Positions 1-8,993 of a stretch of 64,000 nucleotides of DNA are shown one piece after another (the stretch's first letter is position 1; each line of letters opens with the position of its first letter). The position numbers and the translations under genes are program-made. The stretch is from an uncultured Acidobacteriota bacterium. GTDB lineage: Bacteria; Acidobacteriota; Terriglobia; UBA7540. The DNA lies in the NCBI GenBank assembly GCA_963804995.1, contig CAWDSK010000005.1, positions 864,001 through 928,000 of the forward strand, in the 5' to 3' direction. Under the pieces are notes generated by a model that saw nothing but the letters and a program-made list of their open reading frames with translations, did not search any database and was not told where the DNA came from.

Positions 1-450
1 CACGTAGTCTTCCGTCGAATAGGCAAAAACATTCACCACGGTCCGGGCGCGGAGGGTGCGAAGGAAGGGCAGTTTCTCTGTCAAGAATCGCTTCGCGCCC
101 ACGTTCTGTAATCCGATGGCGTTTAGCATTCCTGAATCGGTTTCGTAAATGCGGGGCGGGGGATTGCCCTCCATGGGCTCCGGCGATATGCCCTTGATGC
201 AAATCGCGCCGAGTTGATTGAGATCGATGAGCTGGGCGAATTCCTTGCCGTATCCGAACGTTCCACTCGCCGTCCACACCGGATTCTGAAACCGTACCCC
301 GGCAATTTCGATTTCAATCTGCGGCGTGAATGCCTCCGCGGGTGCAGGCGCGGCGGCAACGGCACCACCCGTGCCCGGCTCAACCCGGCTTGCCGCGCTC
401 TCGGGGCTGTCATTTCGTGTTGGCCTTTTATCCTGGGTTCTTCTGGTCAT
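1..450 (-). CDS. pyrD: Dihydroorotate dehydrogenase catalytic subunit (family 1B); 5' part only, runs off the window start
   Basis: Not in the ORF track. Manual translation gives [48 protein letters not shown]; in-frame ATG at 450; lies downstream of pyrK. Confidence 0.9.
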   Translation of the reverse strand, partial: MTRRTQDKRPTRNDSPESAASRVEPGTGGAVAAAPAPAEAFTPQIEIEIAGVRFQNPVWTASGTFGYGKEFAQLIDLNQLGAICIKGISPEPMEGNPPPRIYETDSGMLNAIGLQNVGAKRFLTEKLPFLRTLRARTVVNVFAYSTEDYV

Positions 451-471
451 CGCGTTGATTTGAACTTACAA

Positions 472-548
472 CCCTCGGTCGCCGCGGCGACAGAGGGTGG
501 ACCGCAACCGGCGTTTTCACCAGCCGGGGCGGGACGGGTGAGGGGGTC
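472..548. repeat. REP-like palindromic repeat, family A (GAGGGTGGACCGCA...CAGCCGGGGCGGGACGGGTGAGGGG)
   Basis: Near-identical copies at 16214-16284 and, reversed, at 26341-26413. Confidence 0.8.
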
Positions 549-567
549 ACTTCGTGCTGGGTGGAAC

Positions 568-690
568 GGCAAAAAGCAAGTCAAAAGGCAAAACGCAAAA
601 GGCAAAAGTAAATAGCTCCGACGAGCGGTGCCTCTCCGCTGGAACCTACAACCCCCCAACCCCTACCCCCTACTCCCTAATCCCCAATTT
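568..690. repeat. Degenerate heptamer tandem repeats (GGCAAAA-type at about 568-612; ACCCCCT/AATCCCC-type at about 650-690)
   Basis: 7-bp periodicity visible; a similar AATCCTA run is at about 13000-13029. Confidence 0.5.
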
Positions 691-1551
691 CTTCTCCGTT
701 TCCCAAACAATCCTGTCCGCCCAAAACACCGGTCCTTCCGTGCAGACCCGCTGATAGGCTTCGTGGCCTTTGCCGTCGACGCGGATGCAACAACCCAGGC
801 AAACGCCCAGCCCGCACCCCATGCGATTCTCCATCGAAACCAGGCAGAGATGGCGGAAGCGCTTGGCAAGCTCCACCGTAGCACGCAGCATGGGCCAGGG
901 GCCGCAGACCATCAGCAGAAACTTCTTGTTGGTATGCTCGGTGAGGTAGTCTTCCAGCGGCCGGGTCACATAGCCGCGATATCCCGCCGAGCCATTCTCC
1001 GTTGCCAGCAGCATGGCACGCACCAAGGGCTTAAATTCTTTCGTGCCCACCAGGTCGTCTTTCGTCCGCCCCCCGAAAAAGAGCCGCTGCTTGAATCCCG
1101 CCTCAGCCAGGTGCTTTGCCGGCAGAAGCAGCGCTGCGATTCCGATTCCTCCTGCAACGTGCAAAATCTCGTCGGCCGCGTGCGCGCGCGGCAGGTAATC
1201 CTCTTCGAAAAAACCATGGCCGAGCGGCGCGAGCAATCCGACCTTGTCGCCGCACTTCAGTTCCGCCATTAAGGCCGTGCCCCGCCCAACCACCTTGTAC
1301 AGAAGTTGCAGGATGCGTGGAGGCTTGCCCGCTCCCGATCCGTGGTTGTGCCCATCCTTCGCGGTCACGTCGAAGATACTCATGGGCCGGCGCAGCAGCA
1401 CGTCAGACCGACCCAGGATCCGCACCATGGCGAACTGGCCCGGGCGCACGGCCGGGGCCTGCCGCGGAGCATCAAGACTCAAGAGGAAATGGCCGCCCGT
1501 AAGGGGACGATTCTCGGTAACGGCCACAATTTCGTCGGACATCTTCCCCAT
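670..1551 (-). CDS. pyrK: Dihydroorotate dehydrogenase electron transfer subunit
   Basis: PGQFAMV, LRRPMS, GGIGIA, CGP and MGCGLGVCLGC...RVCTEGPVF 2Fe-2S motif; start trimmed to ATG 1551 (or 1542) because the longer ORF reads through a MITE. Confidence 0.93.
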   Translation of the reverse strand: MGKMSDEIVAVTENRPLTGGHFLLSLDAPRQAPAVRPGQFAMVRILGRSDVLLRRPMSIFDVTAKDGHNHGSGAGKPPRILQLLYKVVGRGTALMAELKCGDKVGLLAPLGHGFFEEDYLPRAHAADEILHVAGGIGIAALLLPAKHLAEAGFKQRLFFGGRTKDDLVGTKEFKPLVRAMLLATENGSAGYRGYVTRPLEDYLTEHTNKKFLLMVCGPWPMLRATVELAKRFRHLCLVSMENRMGCGLGVCLGCCIRVDGKGHEAYQRVCTEGPVFWADRIVWETEKKLGIRE

Positions 1552-1640
1552 GCTAACAGAACTGTGGGCGTTCGTGTAGGGCCTCCGAATGGCTGGTCTG
1601 CCTGCCCCGGTCGAATTCTTGTGGCGGGCGAGCGAGCGAG

Positions 1641-1870
1641 TGTGGTGTCCCGTGTTAGAGTTGACAATGGGTAGAACCCCCTCACCCCCACGACAAGCAG
1701 AACGTGGGGCCCCCTTCTGGCCTCGGCTGATGAGAACGCCTCGGCCAGCCACCCTCTCCCCCAAAGGGGCGAGGGCAAGAGAATTAACTCTCCCCTCGCC
1801 CCTTTGGGGGAGAGGGGCTGGGGGGTGAGGGGGTCGGACAGCCTTGTCAAATATTAACCGGGACACCACA
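1641..1870. mobile_element. MITE-like element with TGT...ACA terminal inverted repeats, containing REP family A-like hairpins
   Basis: Left TGTGGTGTCCCGTGTTAGAGTTGACAA vs reverse complement of right TGTGGTGTCCCGGTTAATATTTGACAA; CGAGCGAG directly repeated at 1633-1640 and 1871-1878. Confidence 0.75.
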
Positions 1871-1887
1871 CGAGCGAGGCCTCGCCT

Positions 1888-4800
1888 TCACTGCATCCCC
1901 ACCCGGATTGTCATCACCCGATGCGGATCGATGTGGAAGCGCACACTGTGTGCATCAGACTCCAGACGCTTACCGTTGACTTCGACCGCGTTAGCTTCAT
2001 TCGCAGAAGTCACGTCCACCCAGGGCAGGGTCAGCGTGCCTTCCGTCGCCTGGCCTGCGGATTCATAGACACGCACGATCAGTCCCTGGCCGTCCTCCGC
2101 TCCCTTGACGGCGTTGATCACCAGGTTCTCCGGTGCGATCGAAGCCAGGCTCGCCTCGCCAGCGGGCAGCCTACCTTTCGCGCCCGCAAGCTTATCGCTG
2201 GGCAGCAACTCCTCGACCTCCAGCGGAGTTCGTGCTTCCCGCCCGAAGCGTGCCGCCTGGACGGGATCGAAGCGACCGCCGCTGGTCAGGGCATAGCGGA
2301 AAACGAAGTCTCCGGACTGACCTCCGGGCGTATTCGTGAACCAATAATTGTTCAGCGCGTAGGAGAAGACGGTCACCGACTTCTTCATGAAGCGGTCCGG
2401 CCAACGGCCGCGATTGATGTCGGCCAGCGAGACCAACGGCGCGTCCACCACTGCCAACGTGACGGAGTTCGTGCCGTCTTCGACGCTGACCGCATTTTGG
2501 ACGGCTGACCACTCGACCGAGGCGCCGGCGAGCAAATCCCTCTCCGGATCGACCCAGCCGTTGGGGATCTCATAACGGAAAGTGGGCTTCGAGGCGGCCC
2601 AAGGAAATGCGAAATATGCCGCCTCCTTGGCATAAGTCAACTGTTTGTGAATGCGATTGTGAATCTCGATGCGCTTCTCATTATCAAAGAGGAGTATCTC
2701 CGTTTCGATCTTCGGCGTGTTAACCGCCTGCGCGATCATCTTCACCACATAACCCCAGGGAGTCTTCTCGACGCCCGTAAGCTTTCCATTACTCGGATGA
2801 TGAACAGTCAACTCGGCGTAGGGCAGGTTGCTCGCGAGGTGAGTGAGTTGCGTCGCCTCGGCGCCGTTGCCGTGGCCTTTCTCCGTCCCGCCCCCCGTTA
2901 CGTAGAGGTATTCGTCGGCAAGATAGGGGCTCGAGGGGTCAAGTAGTTCGCGGCCCTGTTCTTTGTCGTACAGGCTCTTTATGGCGGCCCTCGTCGGGTC
3001 GAACGTCACCCGGTAGAATTTATTCTGAATGATGTTGTTTCCTGGTGCCGATTCCTCCTTATGAACAACCGGCCCGTGCCCCAAGCGGAAAACTTTGTAC
3101 CCCAACGATGGAACTTCCTGCGCCCAGAAGCGGATGGTCGCGTAGCCATCGCGCGCCTCGCTGACCTCGTAAGGCTGAGGCTGACCCGTTGCCACATCCG
3201 TCAGGGTCGCACCCTCGTTCACCTGGAAACGCACCAATCCGCTGCGTTTCCAACTGAGGGGGTTGAACACGATCAGGTCCTCGCCCTCCGTCTGAATCTG
3301 GTCGGCAAGCTGGCTCAGGCCGCGCCGCATCACTTCGTCGATTCCTGCCGCGGCGCGCGTGGCCCGACCTTCCTTCACCTCGAGTTGTCGCAACACCTCA
3401 TCGTGCTCAGGCTGGCCGACGCCGCGATAGGAAACAAAGGTGTGCTCGCCGTAAAGCATCACGTTGGTCCAGATATCCCGGCTGAGTTCGAGGGGGAAGG
3501 CCAGTGCGCGGCTAATGCCCGCATCGAGCGCGGCCAGCGCATCCGCCGCGACCGCACGCGTTTGGTCCTGGCGATAAATGGCCGTCGAGATGGCGTCTGT
3601 CCCCGCACCGTCTTCCCAATAGCCCCCGCCGTCGCCGCGCACCACGGGAAGCTTGCTGCCGTAGTGTTCTTCGACATAGCGGAAATATTCGGCGAAGCGG
3701 CACGGAATTATCTGCGGATATTCGTAGCGCGCCTTCCACTGCGCGGCCAGGTTCGCGTCCAGAAAATCCAGAGGGAGATTTTCCTCTTGTGTCCCGAAGA
3801 GCAGCACGGCGTCGGGCGCGTAGCCGGGGTGCTCGTAAGGCTGGAGGAAAATCGGTAGGCTGCTCTCACCCGCCTCGAGCGAGGGCGGCATGCCGAACGT
3901 CGTCTTCAGTTGATGGTAGTGATACGAGTACCATGCGAGCACGCGCTGGCCGTCAGGTCCCTCCCACCAGAAGGGCGAGCGCGCGTTCCAGTGACCGATA
4001 ACATTCAGAGGCCCGCGCGTTTGATTGCCCCCGCCGGCGAAGTAGTGAATCCCTGCCGCGGCCAGCGTCGACGGCACCGCCCACCCGTAAGACGGCACAT
4101 CCGTGATCCAGGCTGCGTCAAAGGGGACGCCGTAGCGGTCTTCCAGGTGCTTGCTGAAGTAGAGGCTGCGAGAAAGTTCCTCCGCGGAGGGCAGCTCGGT
4201 CATCAAGTTCGCGTAAAATCCGTTGACGCTGATTTGGCCCGCTCGGGCATTCATCTCGAAGCGGCTGGTCTGCTGCGCCGCGCGCGTTTTGAGCCACTGT
4301 TCGACGAGCCAACTTCCATCGAAATTGAAGCGGTAGTCGGGGTGAGCGGCTAGGACCTCCGGCAGTTGGTCGAGGACGCGCGCGTGAACTTCCGCCACCT
4401 TCACCTGGTAATCCGTGTAACCCACGTCCAAGTGCTCATTCGGTGCATAGAATACCTTCCATTTTCTTTTCGGATTGAATCCCACGGTGAGCGATTGGGT
4501 TCCCGGACCCTTGGTTTCCGGCGCCCAGGAATTTGTGAACTCGATATTCGCCTTGCCTGCCCCGACGGAGTCAGGAATATAGACGGGCACGCGCGCCTCA
4601 CCGAATTCACCGCGTTTGGTGACCTCGGCCGAAGTCGAGAATCCACCGAGCGCGATGTGGACCTTGGCGTTGTGCCAGCCCTGCGGGTATTGCACGGTCA
4701 ATCGGCATTCCTCTTCCAGCCCTTGGGCGGCCTTGCGGAAAAAGATGGTGGGCTCAAACCGGATCTCGGGATAGTCCTCGGGCTTAGCCACTGCGTTCTG

Positions 4801-5433
4801 GGAGAGGGTGAGGGCATCGTAATAAAACCCGGAGCCGCCCCAGCCGGTTGCACCGGACTGCGGCGTTCCGGTCACGGGCTCATCGAGGGCGGTCAGGGTC
4901 AACCGGTTCTCGCCCGCGCGCATGAAGCGGGCGGGAATGGTGATGCGCTTTTGTTGTTGCGAGTGGATGGGAATGAACGCGTCGTCCTCGTCTCCGAGCG
5001 TCGAGCCCAATTGGGGGGAGAAGTAGAAATCGCCTTGATGCCCATTGATTTCTACTCGCAGGATTGGAATCCGCGGGTGGCGGAAAAGCGCATTGACCTC
5101 CAGGAGGAATACCCCCTGCGGCGCGCTGGGAAGATCGAACACGATCGTGTAGGGATAAGGATGAACTCCCATTTCCCCATTGCCCGAACCAGGATGGAAC
5201 TGCGGCCAGTGCTTCTCGGCGCCGGCTTGTCCGATATGGATGACCACTGGCAATTGCATTTCAGGGCTGGGCACCGTCGGGAACTCATGATTCGAAAAAT
5301 CGACCTGGCCCAGCCGCCAGATTAGGTTCTCTGCCGCGAGGGAGTTCGCGCTGAACGCAGACGCCGTCAGTATGATTGCCACCGCCATACCGAAATAGTT
5401 CGCGATGGCTTTGATGAATTCAGGTTTGCGCAC
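1888..5433 (-). CDS. Secreted GH38-like glycoside hydrolase (alpha-mannosidase fold) with N-terminal lyase-associated/CBM-like domain
   Basis: HLDVGYTD, TDVPSYGW, GDGGGYWEDG, EHT, VFNPLSWKRS, LNNYWFTN motifs; GTG start at 5433 with GTGAGG upstream, followed by a signal peptide. Confidence 0.85.
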   Translation of the reverse strand: MRKPEFIKAIANYFGMAVAIILTASAFSANSLAAENLIWRLGQVDFSNHEFPTVPSPEMQLPVVIHIGQAGAEKHWPQFHPGSGNGEMGVHPYPYTIVFDLPSAPQGVFLLEVNALFRHPRIPILRVEINGHQGDFYFSPQLGSTLGDEDDAFIPIHSQQQKRITIPARFMRAGENRLTLTALDEPVTGTPQSGATGWGGSGFYYDALTLSQNAVAKPEDYPEIRFEPTIFFRKAAQGLEEECRLTVQYPQGWHNAKVHIALGGFSTSAEVTKRGEFGEARVPVYIPDSVGAGKANIEFTNSWAPETKGPGTQSLTVGFNPKRKWKVFYAPNEHLDVGYTDYQVKVAEVHARVLDQLPEVLAAHPDYRFNFDGSWLVEQWLKTRAAQQTSRFEMNARAGQISVNGFYANLMTELPSAEELSRSLYFSKHLEDRYGVPFDAAWITDVPSYGWAVPSTLAAAGIHYFAGGGNQTRGPLNVIGHWNARSPFWWEGPDGQRVLAWYSYHYHQLKTTFGMPPSLEAGESSLPIFLQPYEHPGYAPDAVLLFGTQEENLPLDFLDANLAAQWKARYEYPQIIPCRFAEYFRYVEEHYGSKLPVVRGDGGGYWEDGAGTDAISTAIYRQDQTRAVAADALAALDAGISRALAFPLELSRDIWTNVMLYGEHTFVSYRGVGQPEHDEVLRQLEVKEGRATRAAAGIDEVMRRGLSQLADQIQTEGEDLIVFNPLSWKRSGLVRFQVNEGATLTDVATGQPQPYEVSEARDGYATIRFWAQEVPSLGYKVFRLGHGPVVHKEESAPGNNIIQNKFYRVTFDPTRAAIKSLYDKEQGRELLDPSSPYLADEYLYVTGGGTEKGHGNGAEATQLTHLASNLPYAELTVHHPSNGKLTGVEKTPWGYVVKMIAQAVNTPKIETEILLFDNEKRIEIHNRIHKQLTYAKEAAYFAFPWAASKPTFRYEIPNGWVDPERDLLAGASVEWSAVQNAVSVEDGTNSVTLAVVDAPLVSLADINRGRWPDRFMKKSVTVFSYALNNYWFTNTPGGQSGDFVFRYALTSGGRFDPVQAARFGREARTPLEVEELLPSDKLAGAKGRLPAGEASLASIAPENLVINAVKGAEDGQGLIVRVYESAGQATEGTLTLPWVDVTSANEANAVEVNGKRLESDAHSVRFHIDPHRVMTIRVGMQ

Positions 5434-5568
5434 AAGGACCTCACTTGGAGCCGTATGCCGGAGCGGGCATGCTTTGCCGGAGGGAAGCCTTGCGTCACCG
5501 CGCCCGCATTTTTGTCGCGCGCAGTTTACCATGCTCAGCGGGGCTTGGCAGATTAGAGCGTCTTTAAT

Positions 5569-5713
5569 GCTATGAAAATGCATGTGCCAAAGGCACCTTG
5601 GAGTGCGGCGGCTCGACGCCGCCTTGAATTTACGCCGAGGACGATGACGAAGGCGGCGTCGAGCCGCCGCACTCCAAGGTGCTTCGCACATTTTCATGTA
5701 CAGTGGCGAGCCG
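5569..5713. repeat. REPIN-like palindrome, family B, copy 1 (perfect 33-bp arms at 5593-5625 and 5650-5682, 24-nt loop)
   Basis: GCACCTTGGAGTGCGGCGGCTCGACGCCGCCTT and its exact reverse complement; second copy at 9994-10138. Confidence 0.9.
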
Positions 5714-5771
5714 AATGCTCATGGGAATCTGCGGTGAAAATTGCATTTTTTCACACCCACGGGACACCACC

Positions 5772-6449
5772 CTAGAGTCGTTTCTCAATCCATCGCCGGA
5801 TGTGGGGAATGGAGTTGCGGGGAAATCTATGTGGAGAGTTGTAGAAGCGGAAATCGAGTGTGGCGGCGCGCTGGGCCAACTGGCGGCGGATTTCCAGATT
5901 CTTCTCGCGTGAGTACCATTCATCCTGGGTTGCTGCAATGTGCAGCACGTGCGTAGGCGCGGGCTGGTAGTGGGGATTCTCCGCCCAATCGAAGGGGACG
6001 CCGCCGCAGACCGCAATGACGCCGCGAATCGCCCGCGGGTGTGTGAACACGTAGCGATAGTTGAAGGCGCAAGGTTGCGAGAAGCCGAGCAGAAACACTC
6101 GCTCGGGGTCGGCGCGGTACTCCCGCACGGCGAGCTGGATGACGGTCTCCAGGTCACGATGGTGAAGTTCGACGGACTCCTCCAATTTGTAGGTTGTGCT
6201 CCAGCCGAAACCCACACGAAAGTTCTTGGGGTTTCTGCCGAAACGCCGGAAGAACTGGTTAGGACCCTGAAGGGAAATCACCACCATATTGCCGCCCGCA
6301 ATGCGCCGCGCCAATCGCATCATGGAATCTTTGTTCCCCTCGTAACCGTGCATGGCGATCAATAGCGGCCAGCGTTTCCGCCGCGGGCTGTCGAGCGGCA
6401 ACTCAATCTCATAATGGCGGCGAATGGAGCTGGAAAAGAATTCTTCCAT
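5772..6449 (-). CDS. Alpha/beta hydrolase (phospholipase/carboxylesterase-like)
   Basis: MHGYEG oxyanion region, LLGFSQP nucleophile elbow, QDEW and C-terminal His. Confidence 0.8.
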   Translation of the reverse strand: MEEFFSSSIRRHYEIELPLDSPRRKRWPLLIAMHGYEGNKDSMMRLARRIAGGNMVVISLQGPNQFFRRFGRNPKNFRVGFGWSTTYKLEESVELHHRDLETVIQLAVREYRADPERVFLLGFSQPCAFNYRYVFTHPRAIRGVIAVCGGVPFDWAENPHYQPAPTHVLHIAATQDEWYSREKNLEIRRQLAQRAATLDFRFYNSPHRFPRNSIPHIRRWIEKRL

Positions 6450-6524
6450 GGGTAGAGAAGTCGAAAAGTGATTCTAACACGCCCGCCCAAAGCTCCGGCA
6501 GGAAGGTGTTTGGAGGGTAGTGAC

Positions 6525-7394
6525 TCATTTTGAATTCCGCTTTTTGTACGGCCCGCGTGGGCCGAATGTCGGCTCTGGCAATAGCGCCGCGATTTCCTCA
6601 ACACTCCAAACGTGATTTGAAGCCCCAGCTTCCATTGCCGGTGTGACTCGCAGCGTCTTGTGAATCCGGCAGAAATTATAGTGCATGTAGTACAGCGCCA
6701 CCATATATGCGTGGTTCTCAACCTTCTTTGAGAAGGCATTCGTCAGGCGCGTGAACCGGCGCATACCCATTCGCATATTTAGGTTCTGGCGCTCAACAAA
6801 AGAAGTGCTGATGTGCGTCGGGTCCGGGTGGCCCATGACCGGCTTGCGCTCGCATGAAGTGCATACCGCCGGACTGTAGCGCGTTTCCTCTTGCGCGGAT
6901 TCATAGGTTTTGACCAGCATGGCATAGTCGATCTCCGACCCAAATGCACCCTCTACTGCGTCCAGGTATACCCGAAGGCCATCCGTTGTTAGCTGAATTC
7001 TACTCGCAAGCCGTTCCTTAAGGTCGTCAATGAAAATACGGGCGGTCTGCAAATCACGATTGCCTACCATGAATGACGGCACCAGCTTGGTATCCGCGTC
7101 GATGGCAACCCAAGTCCAAACGTCGCCATACCCGAATTGACCCTTCTTGTCGGCAGGGACGTTCTTCTCTTTGGCGTAGCAGAACGTCCAGCACTCATCG
7201 CACTGGATACGCTTGCACTTCAGGCCGCGAAGCGCCTTGTCCTGATACTCAGCGCACGCCATGCCGATTTGTGGCAGCAGATTTAAGACGCTGTTAAACG
7301 CCACATCGCACATGCGAGTGGTAGCGCGAAGGGAATTCCCTTCTACCAGCGCGTGGATGATTTGGGATTGCTTTTTGCGGCTCATCTTATTCAT
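6525..7394 (-). CDS. IS1-family DDE transposase (single ORF)
   Basis: N-terminal HTH (EGNSLRATTR), IQCDECW, LTTDG, STSFVERQNL..R..MRRFTRLTNAFSKK, YNFCRIH..L..TPAM; stop codon lies inside the left TIR. Confidence 0.92.
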   Translation of the reverse strand: MNKMSRKKQSQIIHALVEGNSLRATTRMCDVAFNSVLNLLPQIGMACAEYQDKALRGLKCKRIQCDECWTFCYAKEKNVPADKKGQFGYGDVWTWVAIDADTKLVPSFMVGNRDLQTARIFIDDLKERLASRIQLTTDGLRVYLDAVEGAFGSEIDYAMLVKTYESAQEETRYSPAVCTSCERKPVMGHPDPTHISTSFVERQNLNMRMGMRRFTRLTNAFSKKVENHAYMVALYYMHYNFCRIHKTLRVTPAMEAGASNHVWSVEEIAALLPEPTFGPRGPYKKRNSK

Positions 7395-7400
7395 AATGAA

Positions 7401-7429
7401 ATTATGCATGAGCAGCACATGCATGTCAA
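7401..7429 (-). promoter_or_regulatory. Sigma70-like promoter of the transposase, probably leaderless, with an overlapping palindrome
   Basis: Minus strand TTGACA-17 bp-CATAAT, 6 nt before the ATG at 7394; ATGCATG-N7-CATGCAT inverted repeat overlaps it. Confidence 0.7.
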
Positions 7430-7646
7430 GAATTATTTTTATCATTGAAAATCAGCGCTTGCTAAGCACATACTGCTGTGGTAGCGTTTGCCTCAGAATC
7501 CCGTACTTGTTAAGAGAATATTCATGTCGGGGTGTTGATTTGCTGACCACGGCAACAGGCGGGTTGGAGAATAAATTGCTCACCGTTAAGCCTGATGTCT
7601 ATGCATCGCTGCGAGCGCTTGCGACATCAAAAAAGGGGTGAGGATT

Positions 7647-7946
7647 ATGCCGATGACAGAAGATATCAAGGGCGTTTCGTCCATGCAAAGAATTGCTGAT
7701 CTGGGCGAAAAGATATACGCCGATAAATACAAGGAAACCTTGGAAAAAGAGCACGACGGACAGTTTGCCGCTATAGACGTGCTTAGTGGAAACGTGTATG
7801 TGGGGGAATTTCCTGAGCTGGCTATAGAAAAAGCACAGACGGAGTCTCCGACTGGAGTATTCCATTTAATTCGTATCGGGTCTCCTGGAGCTTTCAAGAG
7901 CAGTCGGATCGGCGGGGAACGTAATGTGGGTGCTTGGCCATTTTGA
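7647..7946 (+). CDS. Small DUF5678-like protein (IS passenger)
   Basis: GEKIYADKYKETLEKEHDGQFAAIDVLSG pattern; overlaps the downstream aspartic protease. Confidence 0.6.
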   Translation: MPMTEDIKGVSSMQRIADLGEKIYADKYKETLEKEHDGQFAAIDVLSGNVYVGEFPELAIEKAQTESPTGVFHLIRIGSPGAFKSSRIGGERNVGAWPF

Positions 7947-8415
7947 CCAGCAGGGGAATGCCTGCGTAAAATTTCATCTTTGCGGTGTCCACCATGAAGC
8001 CCCTGGAGTGGAGTTTGAAGGACTGATTGACACTGGCTTCACCGGATTTCTGCAACTTCCCATTCAGCACGCCTTTCAACTCAAACTTCCATTAAACGGT
8101 ACGGCAAGCATCACCCTTGCCGATGCCCACCATACGGTATGCCTTACTGCATTAGCTAGGACCACGTTCAATGGACAAACCGTAGTTGGCGTGGTCTCGC
8201 TGGAAATGCAGTCTCAAGAAATTCTAATTGGAATGGATTTCCTTAGACAATTCAAGAAGGGTTTGGTCGTTGCAAAAGGTGTGGTCATTATCACAGAGGA
8301 AGATTGGCTTGATCAACTAACAAGCCCTCCCCGAGACGGACAAGAGGCAGCCGCCGCAACCGAAGAAAGCACTACTTCGGGTGGTCCTGCGGCTTCTTCG
8401 CCCACCGAGAAATAG
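7924..8415 (+). CDS. Clan AA (retropepsin-like) aspartic protease (IS passenger)
   Basis: LIDTGFTG catalytic motif, LAD flap and ILIGMDFL motif. Confidence 0.85.
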   Translation: MWVLGHFDQQGNACVKFHLCGVHHEAPGVEFEGLIDTGFTGFLQLPIQHAFQLKLPLNGTASITLADAHHTVCLTALARTTFNGQTVVGVVSLEMQSQEILIGMDFLRQFKKGLVVAKGVVIITEEDWLDQLTSPPRDGQEAAAATEESTTSGGPAASSPTEK

Positions 8416-8632
8416 CTGCCTGTTTGGCAATCTGTGTTCGCCTTCTTGCCGATAAATTCTCAGAACGAGCTTTCCCACCCTTCAGGCCACCCTTCCGTCC
8501 GATCTCTGCGAGATATGTGGATACTGGGCTACGCTCTGACTCCGGTTCTTGTGTCAACTCTCCGGCCAAAAGCTTTGCGACGTGCTGTGCTCTCTGGTTA
8601 GTATCGGTAGGAAGCTTCCTCGGCTTTATCAT
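8372..8632 (-). CDS. Small basic protein typical of this IS1-like element type (GRKGGLKGGKAR motif)
   Basis: LPTDTNQRA...GRKGGLKGGKARSENLSARRRTQIAKQAAISRW; TGGACA...CATAAT promoter-like sequence just inside the right TIR. Confidence 0.7.
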   Translation of the reverse strand: MIKPRKLPTDTNQRAQHVAKLLAGELTQEPESERSPVSTYLAEIGRKGGLKGGKARSENLSARRRTQIAKQAAISRWAKKPQDHPK

Positions 8633-8993
8633 GCCCCCCATTATGCCACTGGCCTTGTCGGTGTCCAGCGGAAACCTGGGAAATTTCAAAATGAGTCACT
8701 ACCGTTTGGAGGGCTGGTCCACCCCTGCCCCACACGCGGGTCGTAATCATCTGCGCGATAAGGGCCAAGTCCCCGCACCCCTTCAAAAGTGTATGGGGGA
8801 CAACTTGTCTTCCGGTCAGAAATGGGGTGGACTTTGTATTATATCGGTGCTATGAAGAGGGCAGGCAGAGGTTGCAACGGCGTGGGCCGTTGATTTCGCG
8901 TCTCCAATCACAGGGCTAAAGACAGGATAAGGGGCAAAAGTGCCCCTGAAGTTTGTGGGTTTCGTGCCGATGTAGTGTTCGGAGGGCATACCG

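Larger units (their letters stand above)
6516..8703. mobile_element. IS1-family element with passenger genes (2188 bp)
   Basis: TIRs GGTAGTGACTCATTTTGAA (from 6516) and TTCAAAATGAGTCACTACC (to 8703); 8-bp target duplication GTTTGGAG at 6508-6515 and 8704-8711. Confidence 0.93.

Noticed and set aside
1552..1869. Long N-terminal extension of PyrK in the ORF track (likewise GH38 at 5434-5697)
   Set aside because: The extensions read through MITE/REP sequence; better starts exist downstream
5569..5713. Family B and other palindromes as a CRISPR array
   Set aside because: Isolated hairpins with no regularly spaced repeat-spacer series and no cas genes
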